A stretch of DNA of 64,000 bases from an uncultured virus (IMG/VR IMGVR_UViG_2636415832_000002) (Duplodnaviria; Heunggongvirae; Uroviricota; Caudoviricetes), in IMG/VR virus record IMGVR_UViG_2636415832_000002; one strand, written 5' to 3'. A program made the translations under genes and the position numbers. Positions 19,276 through 28,276 of this stretch are shown here, in pieces; positions within the stretch are counted from its first letter, which is position 1, and the number at the start of each line of letters is the position of its first letter. The notes beneath the pieces are model-generated. The model searched no databases and was not told the DNA's origin. It was given only the letters and a program-made list of their open reading frames with translations.

Positions 19276-19572
19276 TTTTTTTTTAACGTTTTTGATAATT
19301 TGAAAGCCAGTTCCAGTGTGGGATCATATTTATCATTCTCTATACAATTTATTGTTTGTCTAACAACTCCACACTTCTTAGCAAGTTGCTCTTGTGTTAT
19401 CCCCAATTTGTTCCGTATTGCTTTAATTTTATTTTTCAACAGTATCACCTATGTCAAAGATATTGGACATTGTTATTATAACAATTACAATAAACATGTC
19501 AATAACTTTGGATATTTTTGAAAATATCTATTGGTGGTTTTTGTACGCAGTAATCTGAATGCTCGCAAAAGG

Positions 19573-19637
19573 TTGGCACACTTTGGCACAGTTTGGCATA
19601 CGATGACACTGTTTGTCTGTAGTGAAAGTTATATAAT
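19573..19637 (+). promoter_or_regulatory. Late promoter: 10-bp-phased TTGGCAYA repeats followed by TATAAT
   Basis: TTGGCACA 19573, TTGGCACA 19583, TTGGCATA 19593, ATGACACT 19603; TATAAT 19632-19637; no consensus -35. Confidence 0.65.
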
Positions 19638-19723
19638 GGTAGTATGGAATATTAATAAACAGAAGCCTTCACGGGAGAACCACTCCTGCGAGGGCTTTTT
19701 CTATGGGCAAAAGGAGGTGCAGT

Positions 19724-20083
19724 ATGCCAAAGAAACCTAAGCGACCGTGCTCTTACCCTGGTTGCCCAGAACTAACCGACAAGCGCTTTTGTGAAGAGCA
19801 TAGTAAGAAGGAAGCTGCACGGTATGAAAAGTATGATCGTGACCCATCAACCCGTAAGCGTTATGGTCGTGCTTGGAAAAGGATACGTGACCGTTACATT
19901 GCAGCTCATCCTCTTTGTGAGGAATGTAAACGACAAGGAAAGCTGACCCCAGCAACCGAAGTGCATCATATTCTCCCTCTTGCAAGAGGAGGGACTCACG
20001 ATAGAAGTAATCTGATGGCTCTTTGTACTCCTTGCCACTCTGCAATCACGGCAAGAGATGGAGACCGTTGGGGAACCCGATAG
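19724..20083 (+). CDS. Phage HNH endonuclease (packaging-associated)
   Basis: CEEC...EVHHILPLARGGTHDRSNLMALCTPCH, directly upstream of terS. Confidence 0.9.
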   Translation: MPKKPKRPCSYPGCPELTDKRFCEEHSKKEAARYEKYDRDPSTRKRYGRAWKRIRDRYIAAHPLCEECKRQGKLTPATEVHHILPLARGGTHDRSNLMALCTPCHSAITARDGDRWGTR

Positions 20084-20194
20084 GGGGAGTCAAATCTCCA
20101 CAGCTTTTCATTTGTGTAACGGGCGTGGGGTAACGCGTGAAAATTCGCGGTTTCAAACGGGGTAATAGGCCCATCGACGAAAAGAGGTGAGTGA

Positions 20195-20746
20195 ATGGCC
20201 AAAGATGGAACAAATCGTGGCGGCGCCCGTATAGGCTCCGGTCAAAAGAAGAAACCACTTGCTGACAAAATTGCAGAGGGAAACCCTGGTAAAAGAAAGC
20301 TTGAAGTCGTTGAGTTCCAAAATACTGCTGACCTGAAGGGGCAGGAAATGCCAAAGCCAATGGCCATGCTCTCCGCAGTGCAAAAGGATGGAAAAACCCT
20401 AGTAGCGAGTGAAATCTATGAAATTACATGGAAATGGCTTGAGGAACGTGGCTGTGCCCATTTGGTACTTCCACAGCTTCTAGAGCGATATGCCATGAGT
20501 GCGGCCAGATGGATACAGTGTGAGGAAGCAGTAACCGAGTTTGGCTTTCTAGCCAAGCACCCAACCACCGGCAATGCTATTCAAAGTCCTTATGTAGCGA
20601 TGAGTCAGAACTTTATGAGTCAGACAAACAGGCTATGGATGGAGATATATCAAATCGTTAGAGAGAACTGTGCTACAGAGTATTCTGGTTTAAACCCACA
20701 GGACGATGTGATGGAGCGACTGCTATCTGCCCGCAGAGGAAAATAA
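20195..20746 (+). CDS. Terminase small subunit (P27 family)
   Basis: RGGARIGSGQKKK, GNPGKR, position after HNH. Confidence 0.8.
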   Translation: MAKDGTNRGGARIGSGQKKKPLADKIAEGNPGKRKLEVVEFQNTADLKGQEMPKPMAMLSAVQKDGKTLVASEIYEITWKWLEERGCAHLVLPQLLERYAMSAARWIQCEEAVTEFGFLAKHPTTGNAIQSPYVAMSQNFMSQTNRLWMEIYQIVRENCATEYSGLNPQDDVMERLLSARRGK

Positions 20747-20766
20747 AAATGAGGAGATATGATGTA

Positions 20767-21942
20767 ATGAGTAAAAGATATTTAACAGCAGAAAGTGTAT
20801 GTGCTGGACATCCTGACAAACTATGCGACATCATAGCAGATAGCATTTTGGAAGCTTGCTTACGTAAAGATAGGGCATCAAGGGTGGCTTGCGAGGTTAT
20901 GGCGACTAAAGGAAAAATTATCGTGGCGGGCGAGATCTCCTGCAGCGAGAAAGTGAATATTAGAGACATTGTAAATACTGTACTGAAAGATGTGGGATAC
21001 AACCCTTTAAAATTTTTGATTTATGTATATGTACATAATCAAAGTGTAGATATTGCGGCTGGTGTGAATACCGCGCTAGAAGCACGAAATGGAATAAATG
21101 AACAGTACGGTTCCATAGGTGCCGGAGACCAGGGAACAATGTATGGCTATGCTACAAAGGAAACAAGGGAAATGCTTCCCCTACCCCTTGTACTTTCTCA
21201 CAGAATCGTAAAGAGACTGGATGATTGTCGTAAAGGAAAGCTGATAAAAGGGATTCTTCCCGATGGTAAAGCACAAGTAACGGTAGAATATGAAGCTGAC
21301 ACTCCAGTGAGAATAAAGACGATTGTGATATCGGTACAGCACGATAAAAATAAAACACAGGAAGAACTTAAGGCAGATATCCTTAACAATGTCTTATGGC
21401 AGTGCTTTGAAGACTTCCCTTTTGATGATGAAACAGAAATTCTCATCAATCCATCAGGTCAGTTCGTACTTGGTGGTCCCGCTGCCGATACGGGTTTGAC
21501 CGGAAGAAAAATCATGGTCGACACCTATGGAGGGCTTGCATCTCATGGAGGTGGTGCTTTTTGTGGTAAAGACCCAACCAAAGTTGACCGAAGCGGTGCT
21601 TACATGGCTCGGTATATTGCCAAGCATATTGTTTGGTGTGGTTATGCAAAGAAGTGTGAAGTGAGTATTTCCTATGCCATTGGTAAGGCAAACCCAGTAG
21701 CCTTTACTATAAATTCCCTGGGTACTGGCACTATTTCTGATGAAATATTAACTCTTGCTGCCCAGGAAACTTTCAACTTAAGACCTGCGGCCATCATTGA
21801 AAAACTGCGTCTTAGAAATGTGATTTACTCTGACACCGCGGCTTATGGTCACTTTAACAGTTGTCTGTTCCCGTGGGAGGATGTAAATAAATACAGTGAA
21901 TTTAGAAAGGCGGTGGAAAAGTATGTTGATAGAGAAGATTAA
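20767..21942 (+). CDS. metK: S-adenosylmethionine synthetase
   Basis: ESVCAGHPDKLCD, GAGDQG, DTGLTGRKI, GGGAFCGKDPTKVDRSGAY. Confidence 0.95.
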   Translation: MSKRYLTAESVCAGHPDKLCDIIADSILEACLRKDRASRVACEVMATKGKIIVAGEISCSEKVNIRDIVNTVLKDVGYNPLKFLIYVYVHNQSVDIAAGVNTALEARNGINEQYGSIGAGDQGTMYGYATKETREMLPLPLVLSHRIVKRLDDCRKGKLIKGILPDGKAQVTVEYEADTPVRIKTIVISVQHDKNKTQEELKADILNNVLWQCFEDFPFDDETEILINPSGQFVLGGPAADTGLTGRKIMVDTYGGLASHGGGAFCGKDPTKVDRSGAYMARYIAKHIVWCGYAKKCEVSISYAIGKANPVAFTINSLGTGTISDEILTLAAQETFNLRPAAIIEKLRLRNVIYSDTAAYGHFNSCLFPWEDVNKYSEFRKAVEKYVDRED

Positions 21943-23164
21943 AACGAAACAACTCATCCCCGCTGAATATAACCCAAGGAAAGATTTAAAACCGGGTGAT
22001 TCGGAATATGAGAAACTTAAACGCTCCCTTGAGGAGTTTGGTTATGTAGAACCCGTTATATGGAATAAGACTACAGGCAGAGTTATCGGAGGTCATCAGC
22101 GTTTAAAAGTCCTGCTTAGTATGGGTATAGATGAGATAGAATGCGTAGTAGTTGAAATGGATGAGCAAAAGGAGAAGGCGCTGAACATTGCACTAAATAA
22201 AATTAGTGGTGATTGGGATAAAGACAAATTAGCACTTCTCATCACGGACCTAAATGCTTCAGACTTTGATGTGTCTTTGACAGGTTTTGACCCGGGAGAG
22301 TTGGACGATCTTTTCAAGGATTCCCTTAAGGATAATATAAAAGAAGATGATTTTGATGTAGACAGTGAGCTGAAAAAGCCCGCTGTTTCGCATTTAGGGG
22401 ATGTTTGGCTACTTGGACAGCATCGATTAGTCTGTGGAGACAGTACAAAGAAAGACACCTTTGATGTCTTGATGGATGGGAAAGCTGCCAATCTGGTAGT
22501 TACGGACCCTCCATATAACGTCAACTATGAAGGCACTGCTGGAAAAATCAAAAATGACAATATGGCTAATGAAGCGTTCTATGATTTTCTGCTTGCGGCA
22601 TTTCAAAACACCGAAGCAGCGATGGCAAAGGACGCTTCTATTTATGTATTCCATGCTGATACGGAAGGACTCAATTTCAGAAGAGCATTCTCCGATGCGG
22701 GATTTTATCTATCCGGTACTTGTATATGGAAAAAGCAGTCCCTTGTTCTTGGACGCTCCCCATACCAGTGGCAACATGAACCGGTTCTTTTCGGTTGGAA
22801 AAAGAAAGGCAAGCATCTTTGGTATTCAGACCGTAAGCAGACCACTATCTGGGAGTTTGAGAAACCAAAGAAGAACGGCGACCATCCAACCATGAAACCA
22901 GTGGCACTTGTGGCATATCCCATTATGAACTCAAGCCTTAGTAACTGCATTGTGCTTGATCCCTTCGGTGGTTCAGGAAGCACACTGATTGCCTGTGAGC
23001 AGACCGATAGAATTTGTTACACCATTGAACTTGATGAAAAGTACTGCGATGTCATTGTAAAAAGGTATATTGAGCAAGTGGGAAATTCTGATGGTGTATT
23101 TCTATTAAGAGATGGTTCGAAATTCAGATATTGTGACCTGCCAGAGGTGAATGAGGATGAGTAA
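21923..23164 (+). CDS. ParB-like domain + N4/N6 DNA methyltransferase
   Basis: N-terminal YNPR...GGHQR; DPPYN; HPTMKP; LDPFGGSGST. Confidence 0.9.
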   Translation: MLIEKIKTKQLIPAEYNPRKDLKPGDSEYEKLKRSLEEFGYVEPVIWNKTTGRVIGGHQRLKVLLSMGIDEIECVVVEMDEQKEKALNIALNKISGDWDKDKLALLITDLNASDFDVSLTGFDPGELDDLFKDSLKDNIKEDDFDVDSELKKPAVSHLGDVWLLGQHRLVCGDSTKKDTFDVLMDGKAANLVVTDPPYNVNYEGTAGKIKNDNMANEAFYDFLLAAFQNTEAAMAKDASIYVFHADTEGLNFRRAFSDAGFYLSGTCIWKKQSLVLGRSPYQWQHEPVLFGWKKKGKHLWYSDRKQTTIWEFEKPKKNGDHPTMKPVALVAYPIMNSSLSNCIVLDPFGGSGSTLIACEQTDRICYTIELDEKYCDVIVKRYIEQVGNSDGVFLLRDGSKFRYCDLPEVNEDE

Positions 23165-25316
23165 ATTAACACTTGGTTCCCTCTTTGATGGTAGTGGTGG
23201 CTTTCCTCTGGGTGGTTTGCTTTGTGGCATCGAACCTTTATGGGCATCTGAAATTGAGCCGTTTCCTATAAGGGTTACGACTAAACGTATCCCTCAGATG
23301 AAGCATTATGGAGATATAAACAAATTAAATGGTGCGGAGCTTCCGCCTGTAGATATCATAACCTTTGGTTCTCCATGCACGGATATGAGTGTGGCGGGTA
23401 AAAGAGCCGGTCTGGACGGAGAGCAATCCGTCCTTTTTTATGAAGCAATCCGAATTATTAAAGAAATGAGGTGTAAGACCAATGGACAATATCCAAGGTA
23501 CGCAGTCTGGGAAAATGTCCCCGGCGCATTCTCGTCAAATAAAGGAGAGGACTTCAGGGCAGTCCTCGAAACGGTTATCGGTGTCAAAGAACCGAACACC
23601 TCGGTGCCTTTTCCTGAAAAAAGACGATGGCCTTACGCAGACATCTATATGGGAGACGGATGGAGTGTGGCTTACCGAACTATCGATGCGCAATATTTCG
23701 GAGTCCCCCAACGTCGTCGTAGAATCTACCTTGTCGCAGATTTTGCAGACAGATGTGCCGGAGAAATACTATTTGAGTCCGAAGGCATGCCAAGGAATTT
23801 TACGTCGGGCGGCAGCCCGTGGCAAAGAACTGCCGACAATGCTAAAAAATGCACTGGAAAAACAGGCGATAGCATAACTTGCCTAAATGACCAAGGCGGA
23901 AGAGTGATGTCTGTTTCGAAGGATATTACTGCAACACTTCGAGCAGAGGAACATGGACACCAGCCTTGCGTAATGCAGTCAAGCGGATTTTGTACTGAAC
24001 ACAGTGCCAAGAGCAGAAGTGTAGGATTTGAGGAAGAACGCTCCCCTACACTTAGAGCAGGCGTTGTCCCGGGTACAGTCATGTCCTTTGAACCTGGTGC
24101 GGCTTCTCGCATTGGGGGACATACTGACGAAAACTTAAGTGGATCACTTCGTGCAAACATGGGAGATAATCAAACAGCTGTTGTAATAGAAAACCATCCA
24201 ACCGATAGCCGTGTGAAACTCTCGGAGGATAATAAAGTACAGACGCTAACCTCTCGGATGGGAACTGGTGGCGGGAATGTACCCCTTATTATGAACACTC
24301 CTAAAACGTTAAAAATCCGCTCTGGCTGTGAAGGCGGTGGTAAGGGTGCATTGATACAAGATGATAAGTCTGCAACTCTTGGATGCAATAATGATCAAAC
24401 CGTTTTTGTGCCTACCGCATATGGCATATGTTCTGATAAAAGCAATTCCATGCAGTCAAGCAATCCACATAGCGGTATATATGAAGCGGATACTTCTCGA
24501 ACTATTGATGCCAATGGAGGAAATCCGGGGTGTAATCAAGGTGGTATTGCAGTAGTTGCTCTGCAAGGCTCGATGATTGGTAGAGAGGATAAAAACGGTC
24601 CCCAAGGAAGCGGTATAGATGAAGATGTTTCTTTTACGCTTAATACCGCCGATCGTCATGCTGTTGCCTATGCCATGACTACCGGAGCCTATGCACAGGT
24701 TGAAGAAGATAAAGCACCAACGTTATTGTCGAGAGATTATAAGGATGCTCCTGTTGTGACTCAGCCTTCTTACGGTATTGATCGGGCGGCTTTTAATCAA
24801 GGAAAGAACGCTCTATATAAACCGACTATAGATGAAGAACAGCAACCTACGCTTACAGCTAAAGGTCCTGGAGCAGTGGCGCAACCAGCTTCGTTTTATC
24901 CTCAGATGAAAGCTGAAAGTCAATGCTACAGACAGGATGGTACATCAAATACGATTATCAATGGCACCAATCCAGGTTATCAAAATGGCTTGGTTGAACC
25001 GGACTATATTGTTCGAAGGCTTACACCAACGGAATGTGCAAGATTGCAAGGCTTCCCCGATGATTGGTGTGTTGACCTTGGTACGGAAAATCCTATAGAA
25101 GATGAAATTTCATTCTGGACGGAGGTTTGGGAAACTCACCGCAAAATTATAGGTAAAAGCAAAAAGCCAAAAACAAGAAATCAGATTATAAAATGGCTTA
25201 ACAATCCTCATTCCGATTCAGCTGAATACAAAATGTGGGGTAATGGTGTAGCACTTCCATGCGTTTGTTTTGTGCTGACTGGCATTGTGTTATCTACACA
25301 AAATACCGCCGATTAA
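23157..25316 (+). CDS. C5-cytosine DNA methyltransferase with greatly expanded variable region
   Basis: SLFDGSGG, GSPCTD, WENVPG, PQRRRRIY, RRLTPTECARLQGFPD, YKMWGNGV. Confidence 0.92.
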   Translation: MSKLTLGSLFDGSGGFPLGGLLCGIEPLWASEIEPFPIRVTTKRIPQMKHYGDINKLNGAELPPVDIITFGSPCTDMSVAGKRAGLDGEQSVLFYEAIRIIKEMRCKTNGQYPRYAVWENVPGAFSSNKGEDFRAVLETVIGVKEPNTSVPFPEKRRWPYADIYMGDGWSVAYRTIDAQYFGVPQRRRRIYLVADFADRCAGEILFESEGMPRNFTSGGSPWQRTADNAKKCTGKTGDSITCLNDQGGRVMSVSKDITATLRAEEHGHQPCVMQSSGFCTEHSAKSRSVGFEEERSPTLRAGVVPGTVMSFEPGAASRIGGHTDENLSGSLRANMGDNQTAVVIENHPTDSRVKLSEDNKVQTLTSRMGTGGGNVPLIMNTPKTLKIRSGCEGGGKGALIQDDKSATLGCNNDQTVFVPTAYGICSDKSNSMQSSNPHSGIYEADTSRTIDANGGNPGCNQGGIAVVALQGSMIGREDKNGPQGSGIDEDVSFTLNTADRHAVAYAMTTGAYAQVEEDKAPTLLSRDYKDAPVVTQPSYGIDRAAFNQGKNALYKPTIDEEQQPTLTAKGPGAVAQPASFYPQMKAESQCYRQDGTSNTIINGTNPGYQNGLVEPDYIVRRLTPTECARLQGFPDDWCVDLGTENPIEDEISFWTEVWETHRKIIGKSKKPKTRNQIIKWLNNPHSDSAEYKMWGNGVALPCVCFVLTGIVLSTQNTAD
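23482..23877 (+). CDS. Out-of-frame gene nested in the C5-methyltransferase (candidate accessory/beta polypeptide)
   Basis: GAGGTG RBS 8 nt before ATG; C-terminal STLSQILQTDVPEKYYLSPKACQGILRRA resembles the post-motif-VIII segment of C5 MTases. Confidence 0.65.
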   Translation: MDNIQGTQSGKMSPAHSRQIKERTSGQSSKRLSVSKNRTPRCLFLKKDDGLTQTSIWETDGVWLTELSMRNISESPNVVVESTLSQILQTDVPEKYYLSPKACQGILRRAAARGKELPTMLKNALEKQAIA

Positions 25317-25410
25317 TGGAACAGTATTTTCTACAGAAAGATGCTCTAAATGACTTGATATTAACAGCTTTTAGAGTGATATATGTACGTACCGAAAGTA
25401 GAAAGGCGGT

Positions 25411-26109
25411 ATGAAAATGCAGATTAACTATAATGTTACAGGACCAAAAAGAAAAGCACTGGTTAACGCAATCAGCCAAGAACTAAATGCCCCTGTAAAA
25501 TATCTCGGGGCACCTACATTTGCATATGAGGTGGCAGACTACAATGTTAACAAAAACGGGGTACTTAGCGGACCAGATAATAAGGAACTGGTCGATGATC
25601 TATTGGGACTTCACGACTTCAAAGCAATTTCAGAAGAATTTGACACACCATCTCCGAAAGTAGAAACCAATGAAACTGAACAATCTATCAATCTGATAAT
25701 TCAAATGCCAAGGGCGGATTTTACCGACACAGCAATCGAGAACCTAAAAGGATTAGTAGAAAGTAAAGCTACTCTTATAAAGAAAGCACTTGATACGGAC
25801 TCCATTCCCATCATTGAAGATGAGGAATATGTCGCCTTCCCTTGGTTTCAAGGTGAGTGCTCCTCAGAAGAGGTTAAGGCATACACCCATTTTGTCACGG
25901 CACTTTGCGAAATGGCGAAAAAACAGACCCGTGTCAACACCACCGAGAAATCAGTAGAAAATGAAAAGTATGCTTTCCGTTGCTTCCTGCTAAGGCTTGG
26001 TTTTATCGGCCCAGAATATAAGATGGAACGAAAGATTCTCCTCTCCAAGCTGTCAGGTAGCTCCGCTTTCAAAAGCGGAACGGCAAAGCAGGAGGTGAGT
26101 GAACAATGA
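25411..26109 (+). CDS. Phage 'virulence-related' conserved protein
   Basis: RKALVNAIS...KYLGAPTFAYEV; ENEKYAFRCFLLRLGFIGPEYK. Confidence 0.7.
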   Translation: MKMQINYNVTGPKRKALVNAISQELNAPVKYLGAPTFAYEVADYNVNKNGVLSGPDNKELVDDLLGLHDFKAISEEFDTPSPKVETNETEQSINLIIQMPRADFTDTAIENLKGLVESKATLIKKALDTDSIPIIEDEEYVAFPWFQGECSSEEVKAYTHFVTALCEMAKKQTRVNTTEKSVENEKYAFRCFLLRLGFIGPEYKMERKILLSKLSGSSAFKSGTAKQEVSEQ

Positions 26110-26333
26110 ATATCATTCACCCAGAAATGTTAAAGCAACTTAGAGGCTATTACACTCCAGGGACACGTGTCATGCTACTTAAAATGAACGACCCCTATAC
26201 CAAACTTCAGCCTGGAGCGAAAGGTACGGTCACTAGTGTTGATGACATAGGAACGATTCACGTCAGTTGGGATTCTGGTGGTTCCCTTGGAGTGGCCTTT
26301 GGTGAGGATTTATGCAAGAGAATCGAAGAGTAA
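26106..26333 (+). CDS. DUF4314 family protein
   Basis: YTPGTRVMLLKMNDPY...GTVTSVDDIGTIHVSWDSGGSLG. Confidence 0.8.
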   Translation: MNIIHPEMLKQLRGYYTPGTRVMLLKMNDPYTKLQPGAKGTVTSVDDIGTIHVSWDSGGSLGVAFGEDLCKRIEE

Positions 26334-26356
26334 ACATGAATCGGAGGAGGTAATAA

Positions 26357-26545
26357 ATGAATGAGATAATCAAAGAACAAATCCTTTCCATCCGAGAAAG
26401 TGGAGTCACAAATATGTTTGATGCAAACCGAGTTCAGTATGAAGCAAATGAACGAGGGTTTTATGAATTGGTAGTCTATTTAATAGACCATAAAACGGAA
26501 TATGCTCATTTCATACTGACGGGGGAAGTGGATGAAAAGAAGTAA
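26357..26545 (+). CDS. DUF5049 family protein
   Basis: IKEQILSIRESGVTNMFD...YAHFILTG. Confidence 0.78.
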   Translation: MNEIIKEQILSIRESGVTNMFDANRVQYEANERGFYELVVYLIDHKTEYAHFILTGEVDEKK

Positions 26546-26566
26546 ATAAAATTTAACTAGGATAAG

Positions 26567-26605
26567 GAGAAGGGCTTCATCTATAGGATTGAGGCTCTTT
26601 TCTTT
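26567..26605 (+). terminator. Intrinsic terminator
   Basis: GAGAAGGGCTTCA...TGAGGCTCTTTTC followed by T-run. Confidence 0.55.
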
Positions 26606-26634
26606 TGTCCTTTTTCATAAAAGGGGCGGTGTTT

Positions 26635-28239
26635 ATGCGGAAACTGAAGAAATATAAGCCGACCGCCTTTATAGCTGATGGGTCATATTACGATAAGGAT
26701 GCTGCTGATTACGCTGTAGCTTTTATCGAAGCACTCTCCCATACGAAAGGTTTATGGGCAGGTAAGCCTTTTGAACTTATCGATTGGCAGGAGCAAATAA
26801 TCCGTGATTTATTCGGAATTTTAAAGCCAGATGGATATCGGCAGTTTAATACTGCTTATGTAGAGATACCTAAAAAGATGGGAAAAAGCGAGCTTGCCGC
26901 AGCAATTGCACTTCTCCTCACTTGCGGTGATGGTGAAGAACGGGCGGAGGTGTATGGTTGTGCCGCCGATCGCCAGCAGGCATCAATTGTATTTGAAGTA
27001 GCAGCCGATATGGTGCGGATGTGTCCGGCACTGAATAAACGAGTAAAGTTGCTGGCTTCAACTAAGCGATTGGTGTACCTGCCGACCAACAGCTTCTATC
27101 AGGTATTGTCGGCTGAAGCCTACTCCAAACACGGCTTCAATATACATGGTGTTGTTTTCGATGAACTTCATACTCAGCCAAACCGGAAACTATTTGATGT
27201 TATGACGAAGGGATCTGGGGATGCAAGGACCCAACCGCTGTATTTTCTTATCACCACAGCGGGAACGGATACTCAAAGTATCTGCTACGAAACACACCAA
27301 AAAGCGGTTGATATTATTGAGGGCAGAAAATACGATCCTACCTTTTACCCCGTAATCTATGGTGCTAAAGAAGAGGATGATTGGACAGATCCAAAAGTGT
27401 GGAAGAAAGCAAATCCAAGCTTAGGAATTACGGTGGGAATTGACAAGGTAAGGGCAGCTTGTGAAAGTGCAAAGCAAAACCCTGCTGAAGAGAACAGCTT
27501 CAGGCAGTTAAGATTGAATCAGTGGGTTAAACAGTCTGTCCGTTGGATGCCAATGGCAAAGTGGGATGCCTGTGCATTTCCAGTTATACCAGAAAGTCTT
27601 GAAGGGCGGGTATGTTATGGGGGTCTTGACCTATCTTCTACAACAGACATTACAGCCTTTGTGTTGGTGTTCCCACCAGAGGATGAAACAGATAAATACA
27701 TTGTTCTTCCGTATTTTTGGATGCCAGAGGACAACATTGACCTCCGAGTCCGAAGAGACCATGTGCAATACGATCTTTGGGAGAAGCAAGGGTATATTCT
27801 AACCACAGAAGGCAATGTAGTGCATTACGGCTACATTGAGCGGTTTATTGAAGAACTGGGCGAAAAGTATAACATTCGAGAAATTGCGTTTGACCGTTGG
27901 GGAGCTGTTCAAATGGTTCAGAACCTTGAAGGATTAGGCTTCACTGTCGTTCCTTTCGGTCAAGGCTTTAAAGATATGTCACCACCAACCAAAGAACTGA
28001 TGAAATTGACATTAGAAGAAAGAATAGCACACGGTGGGCATCCAGTGCTTCGTTGGATGATGGACAACATCTTTATAAAAACTGATCCGGCGGGCAACGT
28101 GAAGCCGGATAAAGAAAAAAGTACAGAAAAAATAGATGGCGCGGTGGCAACTATCATGGCACTTGATCGTGCTATTCGTTGTGGCTCAGGTAATAGTGGA
28201 GATTCGGTGTATGACGAGCGAGGTTTGATTGTCTTTTAA
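26635..28239 (+). CDS. Terminase large subunit
   Basis: PKKMGKSE, VVFDELH, ITTAG, GGLDLSSTTD, KIDGAVA. Confidence 0.95.
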   Translation: MRKLKKYKPTAFIADGSYYDKDAADYAVAFIEALSHTKGLWAGKPFELIDWQEQIIRDLFGILKPDGYRQFNTAYVEIPKKMGKSELAAAIALLLTCGDGEERAEVYGCAADRQQASIVFEVAADMVRMCPALNKRVKLLASTKRLVYLPTNSFYQVLSAEAYSKHGFNIHGVVFDELHTQPNRKLFDVMTKGSGDARTQPLYFLITTAGTDTQSICYETHQKAVDIIEGRKYDPTFYPVIYGAKEEDDWTDPKVWKKANPSLGITVGIDKVRAACESAKQNPAEENSFRQLRLNQWVKQSVRWMPMAKWDACAFPVIPESLEGRVCYGGLDLSSTTDITAFVLVFPPEDETDKYIVLPYFWMPEDNIDLRVRRDHVQYDLWEKQGYILTTEGNVVHYGYIERFIEELGEKYNIREIAFDRWGAVQMVQNLEGLGFTVVPFGQGFKDMSPPTKELMKLTLEERIAHGGHPVLRWMMDNIFIKTDPAGNVKPDKEKSTEKIDGAVATIMALDRAIRCGSGNSGDSVYDERGLIVF

Positions 28240-28276
28240 ACCTTAATGGTTAGCACAATGTTTATATTCGGAGGTG

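Larger units (their letters stand above)
17777..19448 (-). pseudogene. Xre-family HTH regulator interrupted by IS256
   Basis: N-part ...YDPTLELAFKLSKTL (19448-19285); C-terminal SIKVDELFIYE* resumes at 17812-17777 across the IS. Confidence 0.75.

Noticed and set aside
19531..19740. 69-aa ORF over the late promoter
   Set aside because: Overlaps repeats, -10 box and hairpin; no RBS or protein-like features
20084..20170. cos site between HNH and terS
   Set aside because: Position and GC-rich character fit, but exact cohesive ends cannot be identified from sequence alone
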